Positions 12,250 through 25,000 of a stretch of 64,000 nucleotides of DNA are shown here, one piece after another. Under the pieces are notes generated by a model. It worked only from the letters and a program-made list of their open reading frames with translations, was not told the DNA's origin and did no database searches. How positions within the stretch are numbered: the first letter of the stretch is position 1; every line of letters begins with the position of its first letter. This DNA is from Vitrella brassicaformis CCMP3155 (lineage: Eukaryota; Protista; Chromerida): positions 124,001-188,000 of the forward strand of contig CDMY01000938.1 of the NCBI GenBank assembly GCA_001179505.1, written 5' to 3'. Position numbers and translations under genes: made by a program.

Positions 12250-14317
12250 CTGATGTCAGTGAGACCACGTAATGTCTCGATGTGGCGACGCGTGTCTCAC
12301 CTTGCTGCTGCTCTTGTTGGCCGCCAGCTGAAGTGATACGCTGAGCGCCTCAACCTCCCCTCTGTCCTGCCTGACCATTTCGGCCAGTTTGTTGAGGATT
12401 CGTCCCCTCTTCAGCATCTTCGTCACTTGGTTGCGATAATGGGGAGGAAACATCGGCTGGTGGGGGGCTTGGCGGGCTTGGCAGTCCCTTGTATATTGTC
12501 TGAAGAGGCGCTCTGCAGACAGAAACAAATGTACCTACCTACCAGGTCCTACCTGCAGATTATTCGAGTTCACTTACGCTGCTGGTGATGTCAGTCGATG
12601 CTGCAAACTGCCTTGTGCCGGCGCCTGGGTTGGTATCCTTTCCTCTGCACCCTTCCTCCCTCCTTCCTCTCGTCTTCGTTTCATGTCTCAGTGATGTGAC
12701 CTTTGCAACAACGTCATCGATCTCCTCTGTCGAGGGGCGGTTGGCAGGACTCCTGCTCAGGCCCTTGATCACCGTCTTCTCCAGAGGCAGCGGCATGTGG
12801 TGAGCGAAAGACATTGTGTGTAAGGAAGAGAAGAGGGAGAGGCAGAGAGGAGGCACCAACCAAGCACAACGAATATAAAACGTAGGCAGCGATGATGACG
12901 CATGAATCACCACACCTGAGCATGTAACAGAGCAACCGGCGGACAGAAACACACACAACACAAGAGGGGCTGTGGGGTGGCGGGGTTGTAAGCTCCACCT
13001 ACACCCTCCTCTCTCTCTCTCTTGGGGGTCTAACCTTCATTAGCCACTTCCTGGCTTATTGTACTGATCAAGGTGACAGACAGCATCATCTCGACTTCGC
13101 CGGCCGTGACGATGTTGTCTGCATTCAATCAAAACAGATGTATGGTCTCTCTCCCTTCATCTTCATTCTCACTCTTGATGGCCGGCTCCGGATTTTTCTT
13201 GAATGAGCTTCTTGAATTCTTCCTCGCTGTAGGTGCTGATGGACTGATGTCAGTGAGACCTCGTTGTGGCGACGTGTGTCTCACTTTGCTGCATACAGCT
13301 CGTTGTAGAGGGCCGCCAGCTGAAATGATACGCTCAGCGCCTCAACTTCCCCTCTGTCCTGCCTGACCATTTCGGCCAGTTTGCTGAGGATTTTGCAGTT
13401 GGTCTCCTTGTTCTGTAGACACAAGCATCTTGGGTCTGCGCGCGAAGAGCATTCAGCTCGCACTTGGCCTCGTTCCTGATGGATGCAGACCAAACGGACA
13501 CAAATAAAGGATCACAAACCGGCACACGCGAGTGCCCTCCTCTCTTGAATTCATACAGTTCTTGGGCGGTTCCTTGATTGTAGCAGTATACAGGATCGTG
13601 TCTAGTTCGTCAGCCCGTGACGATGTTGTCTGCATTCAATCAAAACAGATTGATGGTCTTTCTCCATTCATTTTCCTTCTCACTCTTACCCTCACGAATC
13701 TGACGATCGTGATGACGGCACGATGGTACCCATCCGGACGGTTGTAGGGTGATTTGTCGACGGCGATCAGACACTCGTACACAGCCACGAGGAGGTCCTT
13801 CCAGAACTAGGTCCCCTCAAGGACGTCTATCGTCTTCTGCAGCCCACGCACGCGCACACGCCTCTTGCCGAGGTGCTTCTCTGCAGGAGAGTCAACACAG
13901 ACAAGAAGGAAGCATCACATCACAGACAGACAGACAGACAACTGCACTGCAGGCAGGCAGGCAGGGGCTCGTTCGTTCAACGCGTTTGACCGATTGACCT
14001 GCCTGTTAGCAGGTGTAGGTTGAAGGCATTTGGAGAGCCAGAGCCGAGAAGCACCTTGGCCCGTACGCCCTCGAAAGGGGAAGGGCGACGACCACCCTCC
14101 TACATACAACACATGCGTACCATCCATCCGGTAGGTCTGTGCTGTGCTGTGCGTGTACGGAATGGCCTGATGTCTCACCTTGCTACTGCTCTTGTTGGCC
14201 GCCAGCTGAAATGATACGCTGAGCGCCTCAACCTCCCCTCTGTCCTGCCTGACCATTTCGGCCAATTTGTTGAGGGTTTTGCAGTTGATCTCCTTGTTCT
14301 GTAGACAAAGGCATCCG
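12250..14317 (-). repeat. Three dispersed copies of an exon-intron-exon module (KLAEMVRQDRGEVEALSVS(F/L)QLAA) at ~12250-12400, ~13244-13430, ~14167-14317
   Basis: Near-identical core gccgccagctgaa(g/a)tgatacgct(g/c)agcgcctcaac(c/t)tcccctctgtcctgcctgaccatttcggcca in all three. Confidence 0.95.
13104..13687 (-). repeat. Direct duplication 13104-13176 / 13615-13687
   Basis: ccgtgacgatgttgtctgcattcaatcaaaacagat...ctcactctt in both; the 13.6 kb copy includes a GTAAG...GCAG intron (13630-13689) whose donor is changed to TCAAG in the 13.1 kb copy. Confidence 0.9.
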
Positions 14318-15154
14318 CAGGTGTTGATCCCTGCCGCATATACGTGCTCGTACCTTGGCCATTTGGCCTAGCCCTTCATGATGAGGTTGCGGCCCAGAAG
14401 ATCCATTCTCGCTTCGACGATCTTCACGACGTTGGGATGTGCGGCAAGGGCCAGGCACTGAGCTTCTTGTGCGGCAGGCAGGCTAGGACCTTCTGCTCTT
14501 CTTTATGTACGCCAAAGGTCTTGGCACCTCACTTCGCAGAGGGCTTCATCCGGTGGGGCCATGCTGAAGGCTTGCACCTCGTCTCTGCCCAGCCACACGA
14601 GGTAAGTAGCGACGTCAATCTCTACATACTCACCGGCTGGTGGCGTCGAACTGCGTGGAGTCCGGAAGTTGGGCGTGTCGTCGGGCGTGTCGTCGGGCAG
14701 CTGGCCTGCTTGTGTCGCCTCGTTTGCTGCGGGCTGCTCGGTTGTGCCTTCAGACACACGAGAACAGATACCTGTATAAGCAATTGGTCTGGGTGAACAG
14801 AACAAACCATTTCCCCCAGCCCACCTGTCGAGGCGCCCCTGTTGCAGCAGTCGACAATCACCATGCTGAGCCATGTCACCACCACTTGGCCGATCATGAC
14901 CAGTGCGGTTGTCCATATTGTGATATTGCCGCCCAGCCTCCAGCAATTTGGTGGACAGGGCTTGTACCGCTGTAGGGCACGGTGCTGGTGGCTGTGCTGG
15001 TGGGTGGTGGCTGTGCTGTTGGCTGTGCTGTTGGCTTTGCAGGGGGCTATGCGGGGCAGACGCTCAAACAGCTCCTCAATCAGCCTCTGATGCGCCACTG
15101 CCAACGCTGTCTTGTGTGTGGTTCGTCTCGCGTCGAGAATTTCGCGAAAGGGCA

Positions 15155-17653
15155 ATGAGCTCCAGCCCGAGTGCTTCCGCGGCGGCGGCTGCAGGCAGCC
15201 AGGGCCACGTAGGCCAGGGCGGCAAGCGAAAGCAGCCGCCTGACTGTCCTGCCAGTGGTGAGCGCGGTGACCATCTCGATGCGAGCATCGAGCAATGTCA
15301 GCTGGTGGTTAGTAAGTTGGAGCAGATCAAGGATGAGCTCATAGCGAAAGAGCGGGCGATGGGCGGCACTGGCGACTTGACGGAGCCTTCGGTATGAGAA
15401 ACCGAAGGCAGAAAAAGGCCTTTGGCTGTTTCTTCTGTGTTGTGTTCGGCCAGGCGGAGCGTTTGCGTGAGATAGTTGAGCTCAACATAGCTGGCGAGAC
15501 GGTGCGGGCGCGGCGCTCGGCCCTCTGCGCGGCCAAGGGGTCTGTCATGGCACTGCTCTTCTCTGGCCGATTTGACCAGGCCTTTCTCCGGGATCAGAAC
15601 AATCGCATCTTCCTCCAGGTGTGGACACGAGCAAAGCACACTACATCTGTGCGTGATGGATTTTCACTTTGCCCTTCTCACTTTGATGGATTTTCACTTT
15701 GCCCTTCTCACTTTGTTGGTCGTCATAGATCTACCCTCCTGTGTTCAAGTGGTGAGAGGAGAGGAGGAACACTGCGGCTTTGGCTCTGGCTGTGTGTCTA
15801 ATGGTAATTGTGCGCGTGTGCAGGTTGGTTGGTGAAGTTGGGTTGTATGAGGCCGAGCAGACGGACGACGTGGTGCTGTTGCCGCCCAAGCAGATGGACG
15901 CACCATACAGGCATGTTAGGCAGCAAACGACTGAAGCCCTTGTCTTCTGTCAGGTTCTGGGCTGAGTTGTTGCTGTGGGACCCGGCGACGAAGCGGCACG
16001 CCGGCCATACCGCATTACCATTCCAACCGCCGTGCTCACGGCTACTCCCACTGCCTCACCCACAGCCAGCACAACTGCCCCACCCACCGCCAGCACCACA
16101 GCCGATTCCACAAAACAATCAGCAGCCACATCCACTCGGCCAGCACCAAAACCAACAGCAGCAGCAGCAGCAGCAGGGCGCGTCTGAGACCCTCAGGCTC
16201 ATAGCTGACCTGCAGACGCTGGTCGGCAAGGCCTTCGAGGACAACGCGGCGCAGGAGAAGCGGTTGAACGCCATCAAGCCGCTACTCAAGACGGGCAATA
16301 GCGGGGAGGACTCGGTAAGACAAGAGGGGAGGGTGGAAGGGAGCCATATATCACTCATGTGCCTTATAATATATTGGTGTCTGTCGTCTGATGTCAGCTG
16401 GTGTCGATTGACGTGTCGGGGACCAGTGTGACGGTGACGACAGGCGTAGCGAAATCGCTGGGCGACGACTCGACATTCGCCAACCGATTCCTCAAGTCCG
16501 TAGAGCACACCGACTAGCTCGCAGAGCAGCAGCACTCTTATCTGCCTCTGACCTTTTTCTCTGTCTCGTCAGGTATGATCCCCTGATCGTGGGTGTGCCG
16601 GTGGACTATGTGCAGCGAGTGGTCGATATGGTAGCGAGATCACGCATGAGGGGGGAGGCCATCACGTCGTGGGATGTGCACGAGGCCAAGGGCGACGCCG
16701 ACCCCAAAGGATACCGCCGTGTGCTCGACATGTGAGGCGGACCGTGCGTGGACGCGCTCTGGATAGCTTCGCTGTCTGTTTGTGTGTCAGGTATGGTTTC
16801 GCTGCCGATCGCTACCTCGGCCCCTTAGACGGTCTGCTCACCACACTACACCTGCAGATGATGCGACGGTGGTGCACACTGCCACTCGTGCTTTCTCCGC
16901 CTCCCATCCCGCCATGTGTGGGCGAGCCGGTCATGCGCATCTACAAGTGAGTGAGAACGACAAGGAAGACATCACACCGCACCTGTGTGTATGCTGTCAG
17001 GGCGTCAGTGGATGGGTGGAAGTGGCTGGATTTGCTTGAGGCCGTCAAGGGCTTCTCCCCGCTGCTGCTCATCTTCCGGGTGGCCGCCAGCGATGAGCTG
17101 CTCGCCATCATCATCGAGGGGCCCATCGAGATCACGGGGACAGCCAAGAGAGAGGCCGACATCAAATCGCACGCCTTCAAGCTGCAGGGCACCAACTCAC
17201 ACCCATTCGCGGGCTACCTGGGCTTCAGCAGCAGGCTCTTTCTTGCTGGCACACAGGCAGGCACAACACAACGCAACACAGCACTAGGCAAGACAGACAT
17301 TCCTTTCAGGCACATCTGTATGAGGATGACGTGTGCAGGAGTTGGCGACTGCATTTGACTTCTCTTCTTCACCCCCCAAACCGCCCTCAAAGCTGACGTC
17401 CCTCTTGTGTCCCGCCTGCTTGGATTTCGGCGTTCGGCCAGATGGACAGCCCGGCGCCCCGGCGGCCACCGACCAGACACTAAGGAGATGTCATGGCGCG
17501 TCACTGGTGACGCCACTGGCGTCTGGGCTGCGCGGGCGGCTGCGCGACCATGGCGTCGACAGCGACAGTGTGATGTATGGGGTCTCGGAGTCGGGCTGGC
17601 AATTCGACCTAGCCGAGCTGGAGGTGTACAGACTACGGGCGGCGGGTGGATGA
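15155..17653 (+). CDS. BTB/POZ (KCTD T1-type) x2 + TLDc domain protein
   Basis: ATG 15155; BTB IVELNIAGETVRARRSALCAAKGSVMALLFSGRFDQAFLRDQNNRIFL; Gln/Pro linker; second BTB-like SIDVSGTSVTVTTGVAKSLGDDSTFANRF; TLDc VMRIYK|ASVDGWKWLDLLEAVKG...LLIFRV and terminal WQFDLAELEVYRL, stop 17653. Confidence 0.85.
15654..15713 (+). repeat. Perfect 30-bp tandem duplication in an intron of the BTB gene
   Basis: tgatggattttcactttgcccttctcactt x2. Confidence 0.95.
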
Positions 17654-17958
17654 CCGATGGGCGTGTGTGTGCGCGTGTGGTGTGTGTTGGCGGCCGTGTG
17701 AGTGGCTGAGCGACAGACTGCCCACTTCTGTCAACATTCATTGTACAGGTGTGAAATGTGCTGAGAGCCCTCATCGATCGGATTCGATTATCATTCGCAG
17801 GCCGTCTGACAGTAGACACAGTACACAAACACAGACATAGACACACTAGACACACACGCCCCCGCCATGTCCCCACACGAAGACAACCACACGCACCCGT
17901 CCATTCATCCAGCCATCCCCGTTGTCGGCTCGGCTTTCCATGCATGGCATCCCGTCAG

Positions 17959-18432
17959 TCAGTACTCATCGATGAACACCTCGATGACGTTCATCGACGG
18001 CAGGGCGACCTTATCCCCCGGCGGCGTGAGGCACGCCTTCGCATCAGCCTCGCTGGTGTACCGCCACAAGCGCCGTCTCGCTTGGCGGCTGCATCCCCAT
18101 GGCCGCCCCAAGCACCGCTGCAGGGCCACCTCTCTTCTGCTCGTCCGTGGCCACCAGCATCTCGCGGTCCTCCATGGTGAGAGGCGTGTTGCGCGACTCG
18201 GCCCGCGACGCCACAGCCTGTTGCTGTGAGCCCATTGCCGGTGGGATCTGACGCACCAGCGTGCGATCGGGTGAGGAGGGAGATAAGACAACTCACTCGC
18301 GGATGGGGGGAAGCTGTCGGCCGCGGCCACCATGCTTCGGCTGTCTGCCGCAGCGTCGTCAGTCTGGTCCTGGCTGGTCTGCTGCTTGTGGGTGGGGGAA
18401 ACGTCGCTGATGTTGTCCTTGTCCTTGTCCAT
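17959..18432 (-). CDS. Possible small hypothetical protein
   Basis: MDKDKDNISDVSPTHKQQ... followed by GC3-rich segments (MEDREMLVATDEQKRG; YTSEADAKACLTPPGDKVALPSMNVIEVFIDEY) in different frames; splicing not resolved. Confidence 0.25.
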   Translation of the reverse strand: MDKDKDNISDVSPTHKQQTSQDQTDDAAADSRSMVAAADSFPPSASELSYLPPHPIARWCVRSHRQWAHSNRLWRRGPSRATRLSPWRTARCWWPRTSRREVALQRCLGRPWGCSRQARRRLWRYTSEADAKACLTPPGDKVALPSMNVIEVFIDEY

Positions 18433-18523
18433 CCATCCATGCAGGCCGTATGTTTCACCAGTAAGAGCAGTCCCCAATCTCCTCATTCATCCGCACACCC
18501 GTCGACCGACCAGCAGTGTCACG

Positions 18524-19837
18524 TCAGCTGCCACTGAGGAGGGCGTTGTAGAAGTCGGCCACGACCTGAGCCACCTCGTCGGCCTTATCCACCATACACA
18601 GATGGCTTGACGCCTGCACACACACGCGCACACACGTGGACAGAGTAGGTGATCATTCACGGGTGTAGGCTGCCCTGCGTCTGCCTGACCAGGATGATGT
18701 GGTGTTTGCAAATGTGTTTGGGGTTCCTTTCCTTGACGCCCGTGAAGAGCCCCGCCTGACGCTCAACAGTGGCCGGCGACGGCCCGCTGTCCTCCTCACC
18801 TAATTGAATGTCGCCAGACACAAACCAATGACACGCACACACGCACACACATCGGTACGTGTAGCCAGCTGTCTGTGTTTCTGTCGCTTACCGCCGATGA
18901 GCAACGTGGGGCACTCTATCTCCCGCAGCCGGGGCTCAAGGTCCGACCGCATCAGAATCACCGACCGCCACGCCGTCAGCATCCCACCTGTCGCCATTTT
19001 CCGTGTCATATCGTGGATGAAGTCCGTGTACTTGGCCGCAGAGGCTGCCGGGAGGAACGCCCGCGCCACTTGCGACGCGAAGAACCGTGTGTGGCCCGTT
19101 GTCTTGATGAGCGCTGGCATCATATAGCCTCCAAAGAATGACGACGAGCCGCCGTCAAGGGATGAGCTCATGATCCACAGCTGCTCGACGAGAGAGGGCC
19201 GCTGCAAGGCGCAATGGACGGCGGTGTGGCCGCCCCACGAGCAGCCGCAGAAGATGCCTTTGGTGACGTCGATTGAGTCGAGCAGCTCACACACGGCCGT
19301 GGCCTCGTCTTCGAGAGAGAAGGGCGTCCTGAGTGGGTCACTTTGGCCATGTGAGGCGTGATCAATCATCACCGCCCGGAAAGGCGTTGGGAACTCCGAC
19401 GCGACGAGCGCCTGCAGCCCAGAACAGCATCATGCAGATCAGCAGGCAGGCAGACACATGGATGGATCTCTCTTTCTGACCTCGATGAATGGAGTCCACA
19501 TTGCAGAGTCACAGAGAATTGAAGACTGCACATCATCACAAGAACCGCACAAGAAATCCATTACAGAAGACTCAGATCATCTGTCAGAATGAAGCAGGAG
19601 CGCTCCTCTCTGCCTGACCATGAACACGATGGTCGGTGCTTCCCCAGCCGACTCCATGGCTCCACCTGTGGCTCCAGCGTTGTGATGTGCACAAGCGTCG
19701 ACTCGGATCTCATAGTACAGCCTTCCCAGTTGAGGCTTGCTGCTGGAAGAGAAGAAAGGCATATTCGGAAACGTCAGGCCGCCTAGGGCATCTCGTGAAA
19801 CAAAATCTGCGACTGGAAGCTCGCAGGTTGTGCACAT
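18524..19837 (-). CDS. Alpha/beta-fold hydrolase (PcaD/3-oxoadipate enol-lactonase-like), 5 exons
   Basis: LYYEI; TIVFM|SSILCDSAMWTPFIE|; VMIDHASHGQS; nucleophile elbow GCSWGG; SDLEPRLREIECPTLLIG|GDIQLGEED; ASSHLCMVDKADEVAQVVADF; TGA 18524-18526. Start is ATG 19837 or the downstream ATG 19762 (MPFF...). Confidence 0.9.
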
Positions 19838-19952
19838 GAGGGAATGGCATGGTGTAGATGGACCGGTAAGGCCATCCCGTGACGACCGAATCTGTGCATT
19901 CTTTCCGCCATATGCTCCGGCTTCAGGTCTAAGTAGGCGTCATAGGTAGGCA
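19838..19952. promoter_or_regulatory. Putative bidirectional promoter (hydrolase / chromodomain gene)
   Basis: 115-190 bp between divergent start codons depending on the hydrolase ATG; inference from position. Confidence 0.35.
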
Positions 19953-22051
19953 ATGGATGGCACCGACTCCCCGCCCACGGCCGACCAGCAGGAGAACGAG
20001 CCATCCCCAGGCGTCGCACCCAACGTGGCGTCCAGCCCTGCCGGCGCATCGCAAGATGGGCAGCTCTTAGACCACCAGCAGCAGCAGCCAAACATCGCCG
20101 CAACCACCAGCCAGTGTCAGCCTGCGCACCCGCACCAGGCAGCACCAGCACCAGCTCCAGCTCCAGCACTTGCAGCAGCAGCAGCAGCAGCTGCAGAAGT
20201 TGAGCCTGGCGAGGAGGCACTCCAGCGTCCGATTGAGGAGGCGGTGATGGGCAGCGATGTGGAGGACGGCGGTCGGCGTCCAGATGACGATGTTGTGATG
20301 TCTGACGAGCAGGACGAGCTCATGGCCGAGGAGGAGGCGAAGCGGCGGGAGTGGGCCGCCAGATACACACTGACCCGCGGTCCTGACACGGCGGGGGAGC
20401 CTGCAGTAGCTGCGGCTGGTGCCGGTGAGCCACCTAGGGAGGCTGCCGCTGCCCAGCCACACGCGACAGACGGTGATGAGCAAATGCCGCCGGCAGGACC
20501 ACCACCACCACCAGCAGTGGCAGCGGCGGCTGCAGCTGCAGCAGCAGCAGAGGAGAGGAGCGGTGAGGGGGAGGGTGAGGGAGAGGGGAAGGGCGATGCC
20601 GCCATGGAGAGGGAGGCGGCTAGGGGTGAGGATCAGCACGGGGGAGAGGCTGCTGTAGACGACGGCGGGGGCAGGGAGCAGGCTCAGGCTCAAGCACCGG
20701 CACCGATGGAGCTGGAGCAAGATCAAGGCGATCAAGCGAAAGGTACGATCAACAAAAGAGGCAGGCGTCCGCCCGCCACAACACGTACGTCTTCACCATT
20801 GCCCCGATGTGTTTCCTTTCCTTTGTGTGCAGACGTCCCTCCCCCCCTCCCTGATCTGGACGCCACATCGCAGCCTGACATCCCCGATGAGTCGATGGGT
20901 GGCGGCGGTGGCGGTGTAGGCACTTCGGGCGGCGCCAGCATTCTGCAGCAGGAGCAGGGGGAGGGCACGGCCTCGGGTGAGCATGAGGGCGGGCCGGACG
21001 ACCTCACCGCATCGCTGACGATGGCCATCGAGGACGACGCGGAGCTGAAAAAGAGGGGGCCCAAGAGGAGGAGGGAGTCCATACCTGAACACGCCAAAGT
21101 GCCGGACAGTAGGTTCTGCATGAGCATGAGAGTGGACACCTGGACGCGTTGTGAGATGGATGTGTGTGTGTGTGTCTGGGTGGTGGTGTGCAGTTGGTGC
21201 TGGTGAGGACTATGTCGGGTACGGGCCGCTGTTCACCATGCTGCGGGCGTTCGACCCCTCGCTCAGAGACGAGACCATCAACGACGACCGACCGGTGAGA
21301 GACCGCCCGACCGACACACACTACGCTACTCCCTTTTCTCACTGTCTGTCTGTCTGTCCTCCTTGGTTGTGCCTTCCTTCCCATGCCATCAGCCTGAGTA
21401 TGGTCTTCAGCTGTGCAAGTCGCCTTTGTGGCGGTCGCTGCCGGCCGAGGGCAAGGCCGTCAAGGACATAGCCATCGGCAGGTGGCAGCTGGCGGTGCAG
21501 CTCATGGACGGCCGGTGCTACCTTTGGAGACAGGCGTAAGCACATCGACCCATACACACACACACACAGATGGCATGGGAGGCACATGAGTGTCTGTTGT
21601 GGCGGTGGTGGATGGTGCCTGCAGGCACCATGAGGTGCGCATCGGTTGCGGTGTGTGGGAGCATCTTGCGGGCCTTGACGGGCGGGACGTCAACCAGATG
21701 ACCATAGCGTCCTCATGCTCGCCAGAGGGCCGCCCGACCACACTTGATGGGGGGGCTGTTGGCACAGCACAGAAACCGGACAGGTGCGCCCCCACACCCA
21801 CAGCCGCAACCACAGGCTCACACAGACCAGACCACACAAACACACATCCCGCTCTCCCCTTGTGTGATGTGTGCTGTCAGGTTCTTCATCGGTTGTGTGA
21901 CGCGAGAGGGCGAGGCGCTGCACATGCGGTGCAACACGGTGGTGCCCAGGATGGAGGGCGTCGCCACGGTGGCCTTCCTGCCACAGTCGGCGCTGCAGTC
22001 GCCGTCACCCCCGAACCCGCCCAAAGCCATTGCCATGAGTGAGTGAGACAC

Positions 22052-22087
<36 letters not shown>

Positions 22088-25000
22088 TCCGTGTGTCCAC
22101 CTGGCTGGCCATGTGTGTTGTGTGGATGATGGATGTCAGGCATGAGTGAGTTCCTGGAGGAGCCCCCGCCCCCCTCCCCCGCAATGGCCATCATATGCGA
22201 GAACGACAGCAAAGAGTTCGACCATCCCAGCGCTGCGGCAGACCACCCACAGCCACACCCACACCAGCAGCCCAGGAAGGACCGCTACTCGGTGTTTGTT
22301 AGGGGGTGAATTGGCCACACACGCACACACACACACACAGGTATGGGTGGGCAGGTCACTTGTGTGTGTGTGTGTGTGGGTGTATGTGGGGTGTAGGTGT
22401 GACAACTTCCACGAAGACGGTCGCGAGAAGGAGCACTTCTTCGTCAGGTTCAAGAAATTCTCAGCCAAACCTATCAAGGTAGGTGACACCATACGAGACG
22501 CGTCGGCCTGACTGTCTGTCTGTCTGTTTGTCTGTCAGGTGCTGAGCGGCCCCAGGGGGTGCTCCGGGCTGGTCCTGCTGGCCAACGGCCTGGTCTTCGA
22601 GTGGCGCAAGATCAACGACGACACCAAGCCACGCATGAGACAGGTGGCCAAAACACACCCACACCCACACAAGCGCAGAGAGACATCAAGCCAACCACAC
22701 CAGCATCACGCCCATCCATATGGCTGACATGATAGGTGTTGGGCTCTCTCCGCGGGAAGCGCGCGTTAGACATCGGGATGTGCGTGTCGCGGGGGATGGA
22801 GTGCATCGCTCTCACGGCAGACAGCGTGGTGCACGAGTGGAACAGGGACGAGGCGGCACACCTGCGGCTGCGGCCGTACATCCCCGAACCAACCGAGTGG
22901 ACGCCGCGACTGAAAAAGGAGGTATACACCTGTCGGGGAGGGTGTGTGTGTGACTTCCAGTCCCTCTCTCTCTCTCTCTGTGTGTGTGTGTCTGACTGTC
23001 TGTCTGTCTGTCTGTCTGTACAGGTGTGGCACAAGGCGCTAGAGCAGCCCTACGCCCAGGGTCAGTTTGCCTGGTGGGCCAAGAAGCCAAACCTCTTCAC
23101 CACCAAATCCCCACCGACGGCCCAATCGCCCAAGCTCAACGGCATCACCAAAGAGGAGGGACCGGAGAGCTCACCACCCGCCCCACCACCAGCAGCTGCA
23201 GCTGCTGCTGCTGCAGCTGCTGCCCCGTCAGCGCGTCACGAGCAGCAGCAGCAACAGCAGCAGGAGGGTGGCGACCTAAGCCTCCTCAGCTACCTGATCT
23301 CCTTCCCCTCCAGCGAGCACGCCCACCTGGAGGCGAGAAGGAAGCAGGAGATCGAGGAGCTGTACCGCGTCAAGGTGCACGTGGTCCCCACCAACCAGCT
23401 CCCCCCCAACCCCTCCAACCCCCCCGCCTCACTCCCCCTCCCTCCCCCCTTCCCCCTCTCGACAACGGACTTCTCATACGTCGCCGAGGAGCCCCCGAGA
23501 GACCCCCTCGTCAGTGTCTATCTGCTCGAGGGCGTCACGATGGGCGTGACGAGAAGCGGGCGGATGCGGGGGATGCCTAATGGTCTGGGGGTGTGGCGGG
23601 GCGGGTGCGGTATGCGGCCGGTGGGGGCCGAGGGGGTGTTTGGCCGACATGTGGCTCAGGAGCTGGTTGAGAGGTTTGACGCGTCGATGCTGCTGCGCGA
23701 GTCGCCGTACTTTTACTATGAGCGGGTCGCAAAGATGGTCGGTCAGACAGCAAAGCAATGACCGACGAACAAGGACACAGACACGTAATCAATGGTCTAT
23801 GTCTCCGTCTCTGTCTCTTCGCTTTGTCTTCAACAGGAGAAGGCCGCCCAGCCAGCGCTGCCCCCACCCCCAGCACTAGCCATAGAGGACCAGCAGCCAC
23901 CATCGACGGAGCCAGCCCCGCAGCTCACACCAGCAGCAGCAGCACCACCACCACAGCCATCCGATGACCAGCCCCCTGCAGACGCTCCCCCAGCACCATC
24001 ACCACCGCCCCCCGTCATCTTCATCGAGCCCTACCCCGGCGAGAGGAACCTCCTGCCCATCTGCGGCGACCGCAAAGTCGACTACCGCATTCGATTCCAC
24101 CTCAACGCGGCCGCCCAGCGGCAGAAGCCCATCTGCCGCCTCATCACCAGCCCCACGGGCGTCATTGTGGGCCACGTCGCCGAGGGCGTCATCCCAACCG
24201 ACATCGGCCTGGCCAACAACCACTGCAGGACCCTGACCAAGGGCAGCAGCCGCAGGAAATCGGGGGCGGGGAGGGGCCGCAGACGCTCGTCTGCGGGGAC
24301 TCGGCAGCCAGCGGTGAATGCTGGTGGTCTTGGCGCTGGCCTCGGTATAGGTGTTGTGAGTGCTGAGGGCGGTGCTGGCGGTGCTGGTCGTGGTGCACAG
24401 CGCCGACGCGGGAGAGGCCGAGGAGGGCCGGCGGCTGCCGCTGCTGGTCCGAGTGCGGCTGGTGGTGGTGCTAGAAGTCCGGTGGGTGCGAGGGGAGTTG
24501 CCAGACCGAGGCAGAGGGTGGTTGTGGACGAGGAGGGGGAGAGTGAGGAGGACGACGAGAAGACCGAGGAGGAGGACGAGACCAGCGAGAAGGAGAAGGA
24601 GGAGAAGCAGGCCGACAGGGGGAAGGCCGATGCCGATCAAGACATGGACAACGAAGCAGAAGAGGACGACGACGAGCACGAAGAAGACGGTACAACACAA
24701 CCAGCCACTCACACACACACACTCACACAAACACACACACAAGGAAGCAGATGGCATGGCCACAGGCCCGCATGCCCCATGTGTGTGTGTTCAGAGGATG
24801 AGGACGATGAGGCGAGGCTGCTTCTGGGGGCGGAGGACGACCGGCCGTCTGCGCGCGAGGGCGGGGGCGGTCGTCGCGGCCTCGACGACGGCTATGAGGG
24901 CGAGTGGGAGGTGCGCACGATCCTCGACAAGCGGCAGAAGGCCAACGGGCAGATCGAGTACAAAGTCCAGTGGACCATGCAAGGTACCTCGGTACACACA

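Larger units (their letters stand above)
10784..15000 (-). pseudogene. Degenerate Ser/Thr protein kinase locus with internal duplications (probable pseudogene or fused relics)
   Basis: Subdomains in order on the minus strand: EAQCLALAAHPNVVKIVE (~14400-14470), VQELCDGTL (~12150), VAHVDLKKEKENVF...VKVGDFG (11750-11830), LPYLRPEVLGG...AADYW|SLGVMLFLALSRALPF, LLQVDPTKRLTAKDALSHAAF...TAG stop 10784-10786. Lesions: in-exon TAG at 14368-14370, 13-nt duplication at ~13196-13216, frame break near 14480-14530. Confidence 0.72.
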
